Shown: positions 12,330 to 26,111 of the stretch, in pieces
Layout: every line of letters starts with the position of its first letter
How positions within the stretch are numbered: the first letter of the stretch is position 1
Assembly: GCA_964016885.1 (NCBI GenBank)
Contig: OZ024743.1
Location: 224,192,001 to 224,256,000 of the forward strand
Direction of reading: 5' to 3'
From: Eledone cirrhosa
Taxonomy: Eukaryota
Length of the DNA: 64,000 bases
Notes under the pieces: model-generated
Seen by the model: only the letters and a program-made list of their open reading frames with translations
Told to the model about the DNA's origin: nothing
Database searches by the model: none
Made by a program: the position numbers and the translations under genes

Positions 12330-13700
12330 TGCAACTAGATATTTCTGAGGGTCCAATTGGCAGTAGAATGAGAAAAGACACAAAGAAAAGGGATCATATT
12401 GATAATTTTAGGCCCATAACTCTGCTAAATACAGAGTTCAACATTTTTGCCATGGTGTTACCATTGAAGTTAACACTTCTCATCAATGGCCGAGTAGGGG
12501 AGGTGCGAACATGCACCATTTCCAAACGATCCATCCACATCATAGAGAGGGTAAGTAAAGAACATGGCACAGGTGGACCCTGATCAATTTAGATCAATCA
12601 AAAGCTTTTGATAGGGTACATGGCAGCTATCCTCAAGGTAGATGGTTTTGGACTTGTTTTACAGATTTCTGTAAAGCATAGTATTATCTGTTTAGTGGTC
12701 ACAGTGAGCTACCACCTATCAGAATAGTTCATACACTTAGTCCATCGAAGCTTCCTCTTCTCCCTGTTGTATCTACTGACTTTAGAGCTACTATTGCACA
12801 AGTTGGGGATGTTGAGGAACATCCCATGTGAACTAGGATGTGGGAGATCAGCATATGCTGAGGTTGTCACTATAGTGGGTTTAAACACCAAACATATCAG
12901 TGTTCAGTCCTACTCCAAGGAAGTACAAGTTGGTGACAGGAGCGAAAATTAACCAGAAAAAGTTGCTCAAAACTACATCGGGGTTTGAACCTGCTTGTGG
13001 ACAAAAACTGGGATGAGGTGACATGCAGGGTGGCCAATCTCCACTTAGGTATTCTATAGAAGGTTAGTGACAGGGTTCTTGGGGACAGTGTGTTGATGAA
13101 TAGCAACTAGACACTCTTTTCTGGAGGTCTTTTCATCTAGGGCCCATGGATAACTCTCAGACATTCCTGGCCAGGCCTGGCAATGCTACCAGGAGGCATT
13201 GCAGGTTTGAGATAAACTCTACAGGTATGGAAGTGCCATCAGCTAGCATGTCCAAAATGTGCACAGAGTGACAAAACTGTCCTGCATACACTTGTCTAGT
13301 GTCAGAGCTGACTTGTAGAATAATGTTGAACACCTGCTGTCGCATATAGGATGGATCTGGTTACTAGCTGAGTACATCGTGAAGTTCTGATAAAATTTTT
13401 CAAGTTTTACTAGGTGGATGAAAGTGGTGAGCATGGTCTGAATAAACAGCCCTGCTCTAAATATGTATCTGTAGGTTGGAAGAGGACAGCTGGAAGGGAG
13501 CACTTGCCTGAGTAGTGGGGGTGGCCATAGCTTTTTGTGGGATTTCCCCAACAAGTAACCCTCAAAAGTCTCCTCTTTATTGGAAATTTTTTGTTTAAAT
13601 TTTGTTTTTGTTATATTTTTACACACAAAAATCACTGTATCATCCTGTGCCATCCTTAAAGTTTTCTTCATGTGAAGCCTTTGTGGTTAATAAAGAAATT
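12330..13700 (+). mobile_element. Degenerate L1/Tx1-like LINE RT remnant
   Basis: NFRPITLLNTE, INLDQSKAFDRV and LYLLTLELLL motifs in broken frames; AATAAA at ~13689. An ORF1-like remnant may extend upstream to ~11100. Confidence 0.6.
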
Positions 13701-13817
13701 ATTTATACTATTATTATTAATTTATTTTAAAAATAAATATCGTATGTAATATATATATATATAAATCTTAGTTCATACTAAATTAGTGAATCATTTTGAA
13801 TACCTTGAGAGATTGAG

Positions 13818-14032
13818 TTTAACTCTTTAGCATTCACATTACTCTATATTTACTATTATATTTTCATGGTAAAAGCCTTACCTCACATAATATCGAATCT
13901 ATGAGATTTTGAAAGTATTTATTTTAAGAACAATACCTTAACATCAGTTTGAGTGACCAGTTACAGCCAGTTTCAACAGAAAAAGGTAGAGAATTCTGGG
14001 TGGTTTGGACCGATTTGAACATTAAAGGGTTT
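13818..14032. mobile_element. TTAA MITE copy
   Basis: TTAACTCTTTAGCATT...ATTAAAGGGTT; homologous to 7243-7447. Confidence 0.65.
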
Positions 14033-14624
14033 AAAGTATATTAGACATCCGAGTTCCAAAACAAATTTTCTGGAAATATACTTTATAGTGTTACTTCAAT
14101 AATTAAAAACTCTACTTAAAATGAAAAATATTTACACCATGAAATAAAATATTTCAATTATTTTCAGCATTTACAAAGATTGTCGACATTTTCAGGAAAA
14201 TCTCATAAAAACTGGAAATTCAGAGGAAGACTTTTTTTTTTTTATATAGTGTTTTTAACTCAGTGAATAAAATAGAAAAGAAAATATATAAAATCAATGA
14301 TTTCATGTGTTCTGTGTTCTTTGATGAAGTGCCTGTATTGAGGAAATGAGACCAATGTTCCAAAACAAATTTTCTATTTTTTGTCAAAGACCCTTTTCCT
14401 TCACATTCTAAGCCCTCTAACATTTTATTTAAGTATTTTATAACAGAAAAGGCATAATATAATTGATAAGAGGATTTTAAAATATCTTTACTAAAATTGT
14501 ATCAATGAATATATCTATAAAAACCTCTTATATTATATTAGAATCAGTAAATTGCAAAATTCATAAGATTAGTTGATAAAAAAAAAATTAGAAGGGAATT
14601 TAAAACACTTCTTTTCTTCACCCA

Positions 14625-14995
14625 GTTATTCCTGAGAGGATTGTGGGGGCAGAATCTTCAAACACTCCTTCCAGCCTGTCCTGTGATCTGGCTGGATTCC
14701 CAAGCATGACCAGACAAGCTCATGGATGTTATCTAACCATCTTGCTTAGGGTCTCCTACCTGTTGGTTTCACCCATAAAATCTGTCCAGTGATTCTTCCC
14801 TAAGACATTCTAACCATATGCCCATGGGTGAATAGCCAAGAAGTATATTCTCGTTTTGTCGACCTTGAAAAGGCATATGACTGCATTCCTCGGGACCTGC
14901 TGTGCAGGAGTATGGGATTGATGATCAGCTTCCTGCTGCCCTGATGTTTCTATACAAATGCCCGAGTAGTTGTGTTCAGATAAATAGTGCTAAAA
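14625..14995. mobile_element. RTE-like LINE fragments (rearranged)
   Basis: Plus-strand FVDLEKAYD.IPRD motif at ~14855-14900 joined to a minus-strand RTE 3' end; related pieces at ~15900-16070, 35690-35850 and 45745-46080. Confidence 0.55.
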
Positions 14996-17900
14996 CTTAA
15001 AATACCAATTCATTAAATTCAATTACTAAAGAACTAATTCCTACTACTATTTCTGATATTACAATAATTATTATGTAAGAAAGTGTCTTTTAATGGCCAG
15101 CTGTATACAAACATTAACTCACCATAATTTCAACCCAGACAATTCCCATTAATTAGAATATATAGCATATGCTTTACTATAATTATGACTCATTTTCTAA
15201 AATTTCCATAAATGTCAAATCTTAGCTTCGAACTGCTTTGGTAATTTTGATCACAAACCAATAGTTATCTTTCCATCAAAATCATTCTTTAACACTTTCA
15301 ACATTACTAATTATACAATTGGATGGACATTAAATAGAATGCAACTTATATAATAATCACATTTTACATAATTAAACTCAATGTGCCAAACCTAGATTAG
15401 TAAATTGTTTCAAATGCATAATCAACTACATTCTGCAACAGACTTCCTCAAATGGATCTTTTAAAAAAGGTAAAGTCTGTTCCAAGTTCAGAGGCTCATC
15501 AGACTAGGGTTTATAACAGTTTCATTGGCAGTACAAGACTTCCTCCTGGAGAGGATGCTAGTCCATTGCAGGATTAATCCTCAGCTACTGCTGCTGGTGT
15601 TCATGTTCAAGAACACAACACACTACTCAGTCCAGGAATTGAACCAATAACATTATGATCATAAACCTAACACCCTTACACAAAGAAAAACCCAGCCATT
15701 TTTCATACATTCAATATAAATTTATATATGAAGCAACAAAATTATGATTGCAAATACAAGTAGCTGAAATAGGGTGCCTCTGAAGGGTCTTCAGAGTAAT
15801 GTTACTTGTTACTCAATAGAGAGCATAGCTCAGAAAACAGGAAGGCGTTGCAAGTAGAGCCCTAACTTCTCTGCATCAAAAGATCAGAGTGCTTACAGGC
15901 ACGTGGTTAAAATGTCTAAGGAAAGAATCACTAGATAGCTAACTGGCAAGAGACCCAGAGGTAGACCATGGGCAATATAGTTAGATAACATCCCTAAACT
16001 CAGTTGCTACTGATAGGACCCCCTGGAAGACATGTCTGAGGACTCTGCCCCAACAACCCTCTACAAAGAAAATTCTTGTGTTAGATTAAATTATAGTAAT
16101 ATACCTAGACATACCAATAATAATCTTTTATTGATCCCATTGGAATAACATTAAAACTCTTTTCTTTGACACTAGATACTTGTTCAGATTGGCTTTTTTA
16201 TTTCATCTTCATAAATGGTATATTTGTATGTATGGACTAGTAACTCCTGCTATAGTTGTAGGGGCGCTGTAGTGACATACAGCATTTTGGGGGGCATTGT
16301 TTAAACCCGGTAGAGCCCATCTCATCTCCAGATCTGAAGTGAGAAAGACATACAGAGGAAGAGTCAACCCCTGTACTGGACTGGTACTTTTTTTTTATCA
16401 ACCTCAGAGGAACGAAAGGCAAAGTTGACCTCAGCAGGCTTTGAACTCAGAACCAGAACAAATACTGCAAAGCATTCTATCCAACGCTCTAACAACTCTG
16501 CCAATTTTCCGCCTTCTTCATAAATGGCATGCTGTTGTTAATTTAAAGTATGTGCAAGTTTTTCCTAATAATGTTAATATATTCAACATTGGGAATGGCT
16601 AACAACTCAAATTCTTGATCTAATTGGTGGTGATTACCGTTGTTGAATGAAGGGAAAATGTTTTTAGATTTAGGTTCAGGCAATGTGGAATCATCATCAT
16701 CATCATCATTTAAGGCCCATTTTCCATGCTAGCATGGGTTAGACGTATTGTGCCATTAGATGTAGGTGACCGTGTCTCACTCATATAGGACTGTTTCTGG
16801 CTAGATTTCTATGGCTGGATGCCCTTCCTAACAACAACCACATTTACAGTGTGTGCTGGGTGTTTTTTGTCATGACTCCAACACGACCACTTTACAATGT
16901 GGGCTAGATGTCTTTGGAATATTCTAATGAAACAAAGGATTTTGGAATGATCATTGGTAAGGACTTGAAGTTCCATAAACACACAACATGTGCAGTCAAG
17001 AAGGCTAATATCAATATCAGATCAAAAGAATATAAATACAAGAATCTTATTCGTGAATTGTGTAAATGAGAGCCAATAAGTTTATATAACCTTAAGAGGC
17101 TAGATTCAAGGTGTTTTGTTTTTCTTTTTTGCTTACAATGATCCATATTGCAGAAGATTTGATACATACTAAATGTAATAACAGTGAGCCTAAAAAGACA
17201 ATGGTTTGGAATTCTATCAGTCATCAAACAAGCTTTTATACATATTAAGAAGTAATACAAGCTAGCTATACTACAAACCTTGATTAAGATCAATGCAAAT
17301 TGGAATCAATTATAAAAGAAGGTGGTCAAGTTTAAGACACCCTAACATTTTAAGAAGGGTCAAAATAAATATTGGCTGGACTTTGGGGAACAAAGGAAAT
17401 AAATAAAAGAACATAAAATACATGAGATTTGAGAAAGGAGCAAAATATATAGAATTTAAAAATGAAAGAGAATCAATACCTGGGTTATAATTGATACACG
17501 TGTTTGCGTTGACATTTATAATGTAATCACCCTCCACCAGCAGTGTGTTCGAGTTGTGGCAAAAGAACGATCAATAGGAGAATATATAGGCTTTATTTTG
17601 AGATGTTTATGCAAAAATGGATTTAGGTGAATCAACATTATATATATATATATATATACATATTGTAGAAAATGTGAAAACAAAATAAGATGTTTTTAGA
17701 CTTCCAAATAATAATTAATTTCGATTTAAGATGATCAGAGATGAACTGTGAGTGAAATCTATAAGCACCGCCACCAAATGAAACAATTCTTTTAAAACTC
17801 AGTCACCTAATTCTGAATGAGTTCATACTAGTATAACTTCTTAATACCACACAATGAAAGTGGAAACATGAACAACTTATACATTATGCATCACATTTCT

Positions 17901-18426
17901 TAGACGCGATATAGTTTCATACGAAGGAATATCTTTAAAATAAAATATTTAAAAAAAACACAATTAAATGTTATCATGTTTTGTGTATTTGCTAAGAATT
18001 TCTCAATATAAATACTATAATGGTAAGAAATGGAGATCTTAAATGTGTGGTGAATGAAAGGATTGGATTTAAATCAGTTTTCTAAATAAAATAAATATAT
18101 CCATTTCAGGATATATCACAATCTTAAATGACACCAAGAGAATAATTTCAAATGCTTCTCAGAAGTGAATGAGAACTGTTTATGTGTACTGTTATGATCT
18201 GAATAAAGGATCCAAACTTAACAAAGTTTCCAAACAGCACTCAAGTAAATTTCACTCACAAAAATTGATGAAAATAAATGAATGTTCCACTCTAAAAGAG
18301 CATAAAATGCGATGTTAATTTGGGCTGTCCAATCACTAACCGAGATCGATATTTGTATACAAACATTTACAGTGATAAATGACTGGAGATGAATATCTAA
18401 GAAAGTTTTCCGATTGTCATTTAGGC

Positions 18427-19143
18427 TCATGTATCATAATCATCGTCTTCTTGTGGCTGTCCTTTCAAATGTGCAGGTGTAAATATCCTAGGTACAGAAC
18501 TTGAAGGAAATAAAACAGGAGCCCGTTTTAAAGAAGACATTTGTGGAAAACCATTACTGCTAGTTTGAGGCACGGGAGGGGTCTCATCTGCAAGTAAAGA
18601 TGGAATGATTTGATAACATTTACTAGCGCTATTTATCTCTTCAGTTTGATCTGTCTCATCACTTTCTGCTTCATCAGTTTCCTCATTATCATCTTCCGGA
18701 ATACCATGACTATCATTTGACATAGTTCTTTCTTTCGTCCTTTGAGGTTCAACACCTATAAAGGAATCTTTTCTCTTCCGAGATCCACGATTTGCAGCGA
18801 CCTTTGCACATTTTTTCCCGGTTTCTGGTAAATTAGTGCTGGTTTCAAACTCCTCTTCCGGCTGGTGATCAGTTATATTGACAACCAAATCGCGAAGGAA
18901 ATCAAACTTTTTTTCAGATTCAATTGTCTGCTTAATATGTGCCGTTGTCAAGGTTTTCGCATGTCGTGCTTGCGTAGTTTCACTAGCTTTTAGAATGAGC
19001 GATTCAATGAAGAGTTCCAGAGCTCGGGATATGATAACAGGTACGGCAGCGGCAACCTTGCCCACATCTTCATCAGTCTGCATTATTTTCTTAATTCTTG
19101 CTGGCGGAAATCTGGCATTATATTTCTTTTTTTTATTGGGCAT
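18427..19143 (-). CDS. DRAP1: Dr1-associated corepressor (NC2 alpha), intronless, 238 aa
   Basis: ATG at 19143; histone fold [45 protein letters not shown]; acidic middle region; C-terminal DDDYDT; TGA at 18427-18429. Confidence 0.95.
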   Translation of the reverse strand: MPNKKKKYNARFPPARIKKIMQTDEDVGKVAAAVPVIISRALELFIESLILKASETTQARHAKTLTTAHIKQTIESEKKFDFLRDLVVNITDHQPEEEFETSTNLPETGKKCAKVAANRGSRKRKDSFIGVEPQRTKERTMSNDSHGIPEDDNEETDEAESDETDQTEEINSASKCYQIIPSLLADETPPVPQTSSNGFPQMSSLKRAPVLFPSSSVPRIFTPAHLKGQPQEDDDYDT

Positions 19144-19189
19144 AGTTGTCCGAACAGTCACAGACGTAAACAATTGTAGAATAACCGCC

Positions 19190-19480
19190 GTACCTTTAAA
19201 GTTGATTTTTTTTTATTTTGGGGTACAAGCGGAAGTTTGGAAGGCCGAAGCCAGGCGCTTCTTTTCCGTTCGATTTGGTTTCACACGCTTTTTCGGAGCC
19301 GTGTCATCGTATTGAATCTAAACGAGATGAGAGGAATGGGGTTAAGAAGATTTAATAATTGCTTCATACATAGTACATTTTAGTATTTAATAGGTACAAA
19401 TATATTTAAAATAAATTGTAAAACATAATAATAAGATTACGAATATACGGCTACAGCGTGCCGTGTTTACATTAAGCTAT
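19190..19480 (-). promoter_or_regulatory. CpG-enriched putative DRAP1 promoter/5' UTR
   Basis: Local CpG enrichment against an AT-rich background; ETS-like GCGGAAGT at ~19229. Confidence 0.35.
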
Positions 19481-21204
19481 TCAATAAGATATGAAATATT
19501 TCGTTTAAACACGAATTATTATTGTAAATAACACATAAAAAGATTATATGGGTATGAAACAAATGTTGCATGGGAGTTTTTTTTGTTATTTTTCTCTTTC
19601 AACATATTGGGTTTGGCTGCAATAAAAAAAAATATTAAAAACAAGTACTTCAAATGAGAAAACAACAAACCTCTGCTGTTAAAAGAGCCACACAATTGTG
19701 AGTCGACCATAAACAAAACGGAAACTAGAAAGACACTTCGTAGCTTTTTAAATATCAAATTATATCCGGTGTTTGAAGCGTTCCAGTTACTGGTGAGCTG
19801 AATATATGATTCCACACTAATATTTACCCCCAACAAATTATAATGAAATTAAAAATGCTTTAATTTAAAATCAATAGTAACTACAAGATTGTTATTTTGT
19901 TGTTGCTTTTCTACGTGTTAGTATTTTAGTAAAAGGCATTATGAGCAGTTCTTGAATATAGGAGGCCTCTTTCAAAGCTAGTATCATCATTTCATTTAAC
20001 GACCGGCGACTTACTGCTAAACACCAGTTTGTATTTATTATTTATCGTAGAGAGTTCCTGTGAATGTATTTTTATGCGTGGACATTTGGTCTTAACGTTT
20101 TGAACGGGTTCGTGAGACTATTACTGTAAAACCCATAGAAGGACATGTAGAGTCGGCAAAGTCCACTGGTAAAAGCGTTCCAGAAGTTGTAAGGAAGTTA
20201 TTGAATTTCATATTCGGTTTTTATTGTTGCAAATTGTATTTCTTAAGTAAATACTTCATGAGTAAGCGAAGGCTTACCAGTTGTCCGCAAGTTTCCAATG
20301 CCTAGTCTAAAAACAACCATATGTGCAGAAAATATTTTCAGAACGATACAATTTATTTTTTTTTTTAAATGAATTCTTATATTTGGAAATTAGAGGTCTA
20401 TTTTGAAAAAGGATAACCATCAATGGAATTTAAAATGCTATTCTAATTAGAAAAAAAAAATCTCAAAAAGTAGATTTAATGTGATGTTTATTGCAGCGTA
20501 AGGAAAGCATTTCAAATTTTGGAAGTGTTTGCTAAAATAATTTATCTTATTTAGAATTTTAGAAGAGGGAAAACTCCAAATTTAACGTGTGTGCCTTTGA
20601 GAACTCAATACGATAGAAGCTTACCTGTCAACCGTGTCACTTATCACTTGTTGCAACCTGAGTTCAAATTTAGTTAGAGTTAACCTCTTTCCCTTCCATT
20701 TTCACAGAAATAAGTATCAATAGGGGCTGCTATATTCGATTCAATAGTCTGATAATCACACATCACAAGCGTTCTTGTCGAGAATTTTCTGCGAATTATG
20801 CTGTCACTATTTTCAATTTTATTATTTTTTAAAGTTTCACAAACAACGATCCCAGATTCCCAAACCTCTTGTTTTAAGAAACGTTTGAAAGATTTGCTGT
20901 CGAGACGAAATAATAACCTTAATAAATTAAGATTTTTGAGTTGTCTACCCTGACAAGAATTGATCATTGAACTGTTTTTTTTTCTCCTCCGTCTGTTTAA
21001 TCTAAACTATTTCAATTAATGAAAATTGTGCTCACGATGTTAGCATCCATTCAGCTAGTTGTTTTTCATGCAGAATGCGCCTTTAGGTAATTCTTTCTTA
21101 TAATCACTTATTCTCTTCTCTACCATGAAGTGAAACAACTTTGTTAAATAGTATTCTCCTTCTTAATAAAAATTGTTTAATTTGTTTACATCTGCTATAA
21201 TCTG

Positions 21205-21375
21205 CGGGTAGCCAATTCTGTGCCAATGGTGGTGAACAGGGAGGTGACCCTAGAGCCAAGGACACCAGAAGTCTCCACTGCCACGGGCTCGACCGCAAAC
21301 CTGTCGTCGAGCCACCAATATTTGGAAAGTTTACCCTCCTCGGCCTGAAGTGCAGCAGAGCCTGGGTTAGTTTGC
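21205..21375 (-). mobile_element. CRE-like RLE retrotransposon remnant
   Basis: Translates NPGSAALQAEEGKLSKY..RFAVEPVAVETSGVLGSR. Confidence 0.6.
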
Positions 21376-21642
21376 TATAATTTAATCACAATTCCATTTA
21401 AATAATAATGAATAATGAAATTATTGTGTACAGTGCTCAGGTGCACTACAACTCATCAAAGATGCATGTATAGTACATAGAATAATATACAAATGTCAGG
21501 GAAGTGAATAGTGTATGAGTCATGATATAAATGTGTGTATGTGTATGGAGGGGGAATATTAGGTATAGTGTTGGCGAATCTCAGGAAGCATGGAGGTTTT
21601 AAAGGATGCAGTGTCTCGACAGCTAACAACTGATGCAGGGAG

Positions 21643-21876
21643 TGTGGGTATGGTGTGGCGTGCGGGGGGGGGGGGTCGACCGGAAGGGGTTTTTGAGTGC
21701 TCGACCGGAAGGGCCAGGAGAGGGCCTCTCTCTAGTGGTGACCAGCATACGGTGAGGACGCGTTTTGGGCAGCTCCCGGTGTTAAGCAGTCGGACGCACG
21801 TGGAAGAGGAGTACCTGCAGTGGAATTTAGCGGCGCCTGTGAAAAGCGGTAAGTGAGATAGCTTTTACTAACCACA
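21643..21876 (+). repeat. 5' LTR
   Basis: TG..CA ends with a TGTGG/CCACA inverted repeat; 21698-21865 matches 25423-25590 with two differences seen. Confidence 0.8.
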
Positions 21877-21933
21877 AGCTATTTCGGCGACTGAAAAAAA
21901 AAAGAAAACACTTGCCGCAAAACAAATCAGAAG

Positions 21934-22684
21934 ATGGCGACAAGACTACGGATGAACGAAGCTATCAGGCCATTCACCGGGGAAGGTGATGTTGTCGCTT
22001 GGCTGCGGAAGGTTCGGCTGGTCGCGGGCTTGCAGAAGATAGAAGACGTGGCCGGTCTCATTGCATTGTACCTCAAGGGCGACGCATTGGTACTCTTCCT
22101 TGAGTTGGACGAGCACAGCCAAAGAGATGTGCAGAAGATCGAGAGGCGTCTGATGGATGCATTCGCCGAGGGACCGTTGGCGGCTTTTGCTAAGCTGGCG
22201 AGAATCAGGTGGAATGGTGAGCGCGTCGACATTTTCGCAGCGGTTGGCTATGTTGGCGGGTTACCAGGCGGAATGCAAACGCACGGTGCGGTTGGCATTC
22301 ATCAATGGATTTCCGGACGACATAGCGGTGAAACTGCAGCAAGTCCCGGGGTACAAGGAGATGGAAATGCGTTCACTGGTGGAACAAGTCCGGATCATAG
22401 CGGAAGATGCCAAAAAAAGTGTCGCGGCGATAGCGACTACGGAGGCTCAGGACACCTGGCAGCGAAATGGTCAAAGGGAGGCAACCTCGGCACGCGGCCG
22501 TTCGCGAGAATTTAAGGGCCGCTGTTTTAGGTGTCATGACCCGCATATGGCTAGAGACTGTAGAGAGTCGAAGCCGGATATAATTTGCTACCGGTGTAAG
22601 CGACCAGGCCACATCGCTACTAACTGCGACCAGGGAAACGGTCCAAGGGGAACTACTGCGCCGGTAGTTGCCCCTTACGAGTAG
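21934..22684 (+). pseudogene. gag (frameshift near 22240)
   Basis: PFTGEGDVVAWL N-terminus; the second frame carries two zinc knuckles, CFRCHDPHMARDC and CYRCKRPGHIATNC. Confidence 0.85.
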
Positions 22685-25460
22685 CGGCGCTGCCCGTGGT
22701 GGAAGTCTTCGTGAGGGGGAAGCCACAGCGAGCCCTCGTGGATACGGGCTGTACGACGACACTGGTGACCGCGGGGGTGGCGCAGAGGTGGGGAGGGAAG
22801 AGCAGCGTAAGGGCAGTCGACGGCAGGAAAATTGAATGCCGAGGTCGCAGCGAGATGGAAATAGCGGTACGGGGAAGGACGATAAGGCTTTCCGCCATCG
22901 TGGTAGACAGTGTGGTGGATGGGATCGGCGTGGTTATGGGCATGGACGCGATTGGGCGTCACGGTGAACAATGTCAGTGTGTCGTTTGGCGCCGCTGCAT
23001 CGGTATGCGCTGTGAGTGCACGTCATGAGAACCAGAAGGCCCACAAGGAGCAATACCCCGCTTACACTGTACAGGACAAGGACTTCAAGGACGTGTTTGA
23101 TGGGCAGCGATGGGTTGTTGAGTGGTACTGGAAGGGAGAACCACCAACACTGAAGACCAAAGTGGGCTGCTATCAACACACATTGAAGGGAAACGCTAGG
23201 GGCGAGTTCGAGCGAGAAGTAGAGAGATGGATCGAAGAGGGAATACTGCTTCCCTGGAAGGAGGAGGTGAAGTGCGGAGTATTGCCGTTGATGGCGGTGG
23301 TGCAACCCACGAAGAGCAAGGTGAGGCCGGTGCTGGACTATCGAGAGCTGAACGAGCACGTGTCATGCCACACGGGTGGCGAGGTCACGGATGTCTGTAG
23401 GGAAACCCTGCGTGAGTGGAGACGCATGACGGGGGGTTCAGCGATCGTGGATCTAAAGTCGGCTTACTTGCAGTTGCATATAGATGAGAAGCTCTGGCGG
23501 TATCAGCTGGTCAGGTATAAGGGCCGGACATATTGCCTGACCAGGCTCGGTTTCGGGCTGAGCTCCGCAGCGAAGATCATGGCGGCGGTCCTCAAGACCG
23601 CTCTGGGGAGGGCCGACAAGATAAAGAGGGCTACTAACTCCTACATTGACGACATCCTAGTGGACGAGTCGGTAGTGTCGACGGCGGAGGTCACGAGCCA
23701 TTTGCGGAGGTATGGACTGACTGCGAAGCCATCAGAAGCATTGGAGGGAGGAGCCGCGCTGGGACTTAGGCTACGGCAAGATAAGACGGGCGTTTTGGTG
23801 TTCCAGAGGGGAAACGAAGTTCCGGAACTGGGCCCAAGTATGAATAGGCGGGAGCTTTTCTCGGTGTGTGGAAAGCTGGTGGGTCACTACCCGATCGCTG
23901 GGTGGCTCCGGACGGCATGCAGCTATGTCAAGAGACGAGCGGGAGGGGTGACTTGGAGTGACAGAGTGGGAGAGAGAACGGTGGCCATGATGCAGGAGAT
24001 CGTGGGGAGGGTGAAGGCCAACGACCCAGTGCGGGGACACTGGTACGTTCCCAAATCACGGAGCGGGACCGTATGGTGCGATGCCAGCAGCATAGCGCTG
24101 GGTGTCACGTTGGAGATAGGAGGTGTTGAGGTCGAGGATGCAGCCTGGCTTAGAAAGAAGGACGACTGCAGCCACATCAATGTGGCCGAGCTGGACGCGG
24201 TGTTGAGAGGGGTGAACCTCGCCCTGCGGTGGGGGCTGCGCACCATCGAGATACGCACCGACTCGGCTACCGTACTCGGATGGGTAAGATCAGTGCTCAC
24301 CAGTGAGAAAAGAGTGCGAACGAGAGGCGCGGCGGAGATGCTGATAAAGCGCCGCCTGGGAACGTAAGGAGAGCTGGCCACCGAGTTCGACCTGAAGCTG
24401 AGCGTAGTGTTCGTGCCTTCAGAGAAAAATAGGGCGGACATCTTAACTAGAATGAAGAAAGCCTGGATGGAAGCGCCGGAGGAGGTAGAGGATGAGATAG
24501 CTGCCGTGTGTCGGCTGACCGAGTTAGACCTGAAGGGGTTGCATGACATGCACCACATGGGGGTGGATAGGAGCCTGTTCCTAGCCAGGAGAATCGACTC
24601 GGACGTTAGCAGACACAGTGTTCGGGGGGGGGGGGGTTAGAGGCTGCGTCCGATGTCAGTCCATTGATCCCGCCCCGGGTGTACACGAAACGGGAAGCCT
24701 CCCGGTGGATCGCGACTGGAAGCGATTAGCGGTGGATGTGACGCACTACCGGCAGGGAACGTACCTCTCGATGGTCGACTGTGGACCAGGTCGAGTGGCG
24801 ATATGGAGGGAGATGAACACTGGAACGGCCGAGGAAATCGTGCGGACGTTGAGAGAGGTGTTCTTGGAGCGGGGCCCTGTGGATGAACTGCTGATGGGCA
24901 ACAGCGCAGCATTCCGCTCGGAGGCACTGAGGGGGATGCTCGATGGATGGAAGGTGGACCGTTTCTTCAGAGCAGCGCACAGGCCGAGCGGGAATGGAAT
25001 CGTGGAGCGACACCACCGGACGATCAAGACAATGGCGGAGCGGGGCCATATCTCACCAATGGAGGCAGTGTTCTGGTACAATATGTCCCCTCGGGTTGGA
25101 CAGGTCGAGGAATCGGTGCCACACAGAGCAGTATTCAAATACGAGTGGCGGCACCCGTGCACGCCACCACAACGGCCAGTGGGGAGAGAGAGTGCATTCG
25201 TGCAGGTGGGCGAAGAAGTCTGGGTTAAGCCCCCAGATGCACGGTGCACATCTCAATGGGGAAGGGGAACGGTGACGTCCGTAAATTCAAAGAACAATGT
25301 GTCCGTGGACGGGGTACCACGTCATGTCCTGGATGTAAGAAGAATCACTGTATCGATGGACTCCGAGGAAGAGGAAATCCAAGATGAGGTGGAAACCCAG
25401 AAGGGGTCTTTGACCGGAAGGATGCTCGACCGGAAGGGCCAGGAGAGGGCCTCTCTCTAG
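22685..25460 (+). pseudogene. pol: protease, RT, RNase H, integrase (frameshifts ~22960 and ~24630, stop at 24365)
   Basis: ALVDTGC; RPVLDYRELN, DLKSAY, YIDD; WCDAS/ELDA/TDS; HHCC and VDVT..IVERHH integrase core. Confidence 0.88.
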
Positions 25461-25590
25461 TGGTGACCAGCATACGGTGAGGACGCGTTTTGGGCAGCTC
25501 CCTGTGTTAAGCAGTCGGACGCACGTGGAAGAGGAGTACCTGCAGTGGAATTTAGCGGCGCGTGTGAAAAGCGGTAAGTGAGATAGCTTT
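25400..25590 (+). repeat. 3' LTR, truncated at both ends
   Basis: Matches the interior of the 5' LTR but lacks the TGTGG start and the TACTAACCACA end. Confidence 0.8.
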
Positions 25591-26111
25591 GTTTCTGAAA
25601 GTCATGGCAGCTGTGCTGTTTTCTGACTTTGTAGGCATGCCCACAGGTGTTAGACACATGGAAATCAAAAAGGTACTCAGGGTTGTTGTTGGCAAGATGG
25701 TTAATAATTTTGTGGGTGTTTACCAAGTCAGTTGCCAGACGTCGGAGCTTCAATATATCCATGCCCAGGGAAGTAAGGTGTTCTGAGTATGGTAGATGCC
25801 TGATGGAGAGTATTCGCTTGGTTGCACGTCTCTGAACAGTTTCCAGGCAGTCAATGTTCTGAGCAAGATAGGGGTTCCAGACTGGTGATGCAAATTCTAA
25901 GTGTGGCCACACCATAGCTATATACAGCTTTAAATAGATAGCTGGAGAGTAGCTGACAAAGATCTTGCTGAGTGATGCTAAGACACCCTCGGCCTTCTTG
26001 ACAATTTTAGAGACGTGCTTCGTCCAACGCAAATCGCTGCTGACAGTATTGCCCAGGTCACGTTCACAAGAAGACTTCTTGATATTAGTGTTGTTGAGGG
26101 AGTATGTGGAC

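Larger units (their letters stand above)
21643..25590 (+). mobile_element. Gypsy-like LTR retrotransposon (gag-PR-RT-RH-IN), disrupted
   Basis: GC-rich; 5' LTR TGTGG...CCACA (21643-21876); partial 3' LTR; domain order PR-RT-RH-IN. Confidence 0.9.

Noticed and set aside
18878-19315. 145-aa plus-strand ORF
   Set aside because: Antisense shadow of DRAP1.
21643-25590. GC-rich island suggesting contamination or a horizontally acquired gene block
   Set aside because: Explained by an LTR retrotransposon embedded in a host CR1 copy. The many overlapping ORFs are shadows of GC-rich sequence; horizontal origin cannot be judged here.
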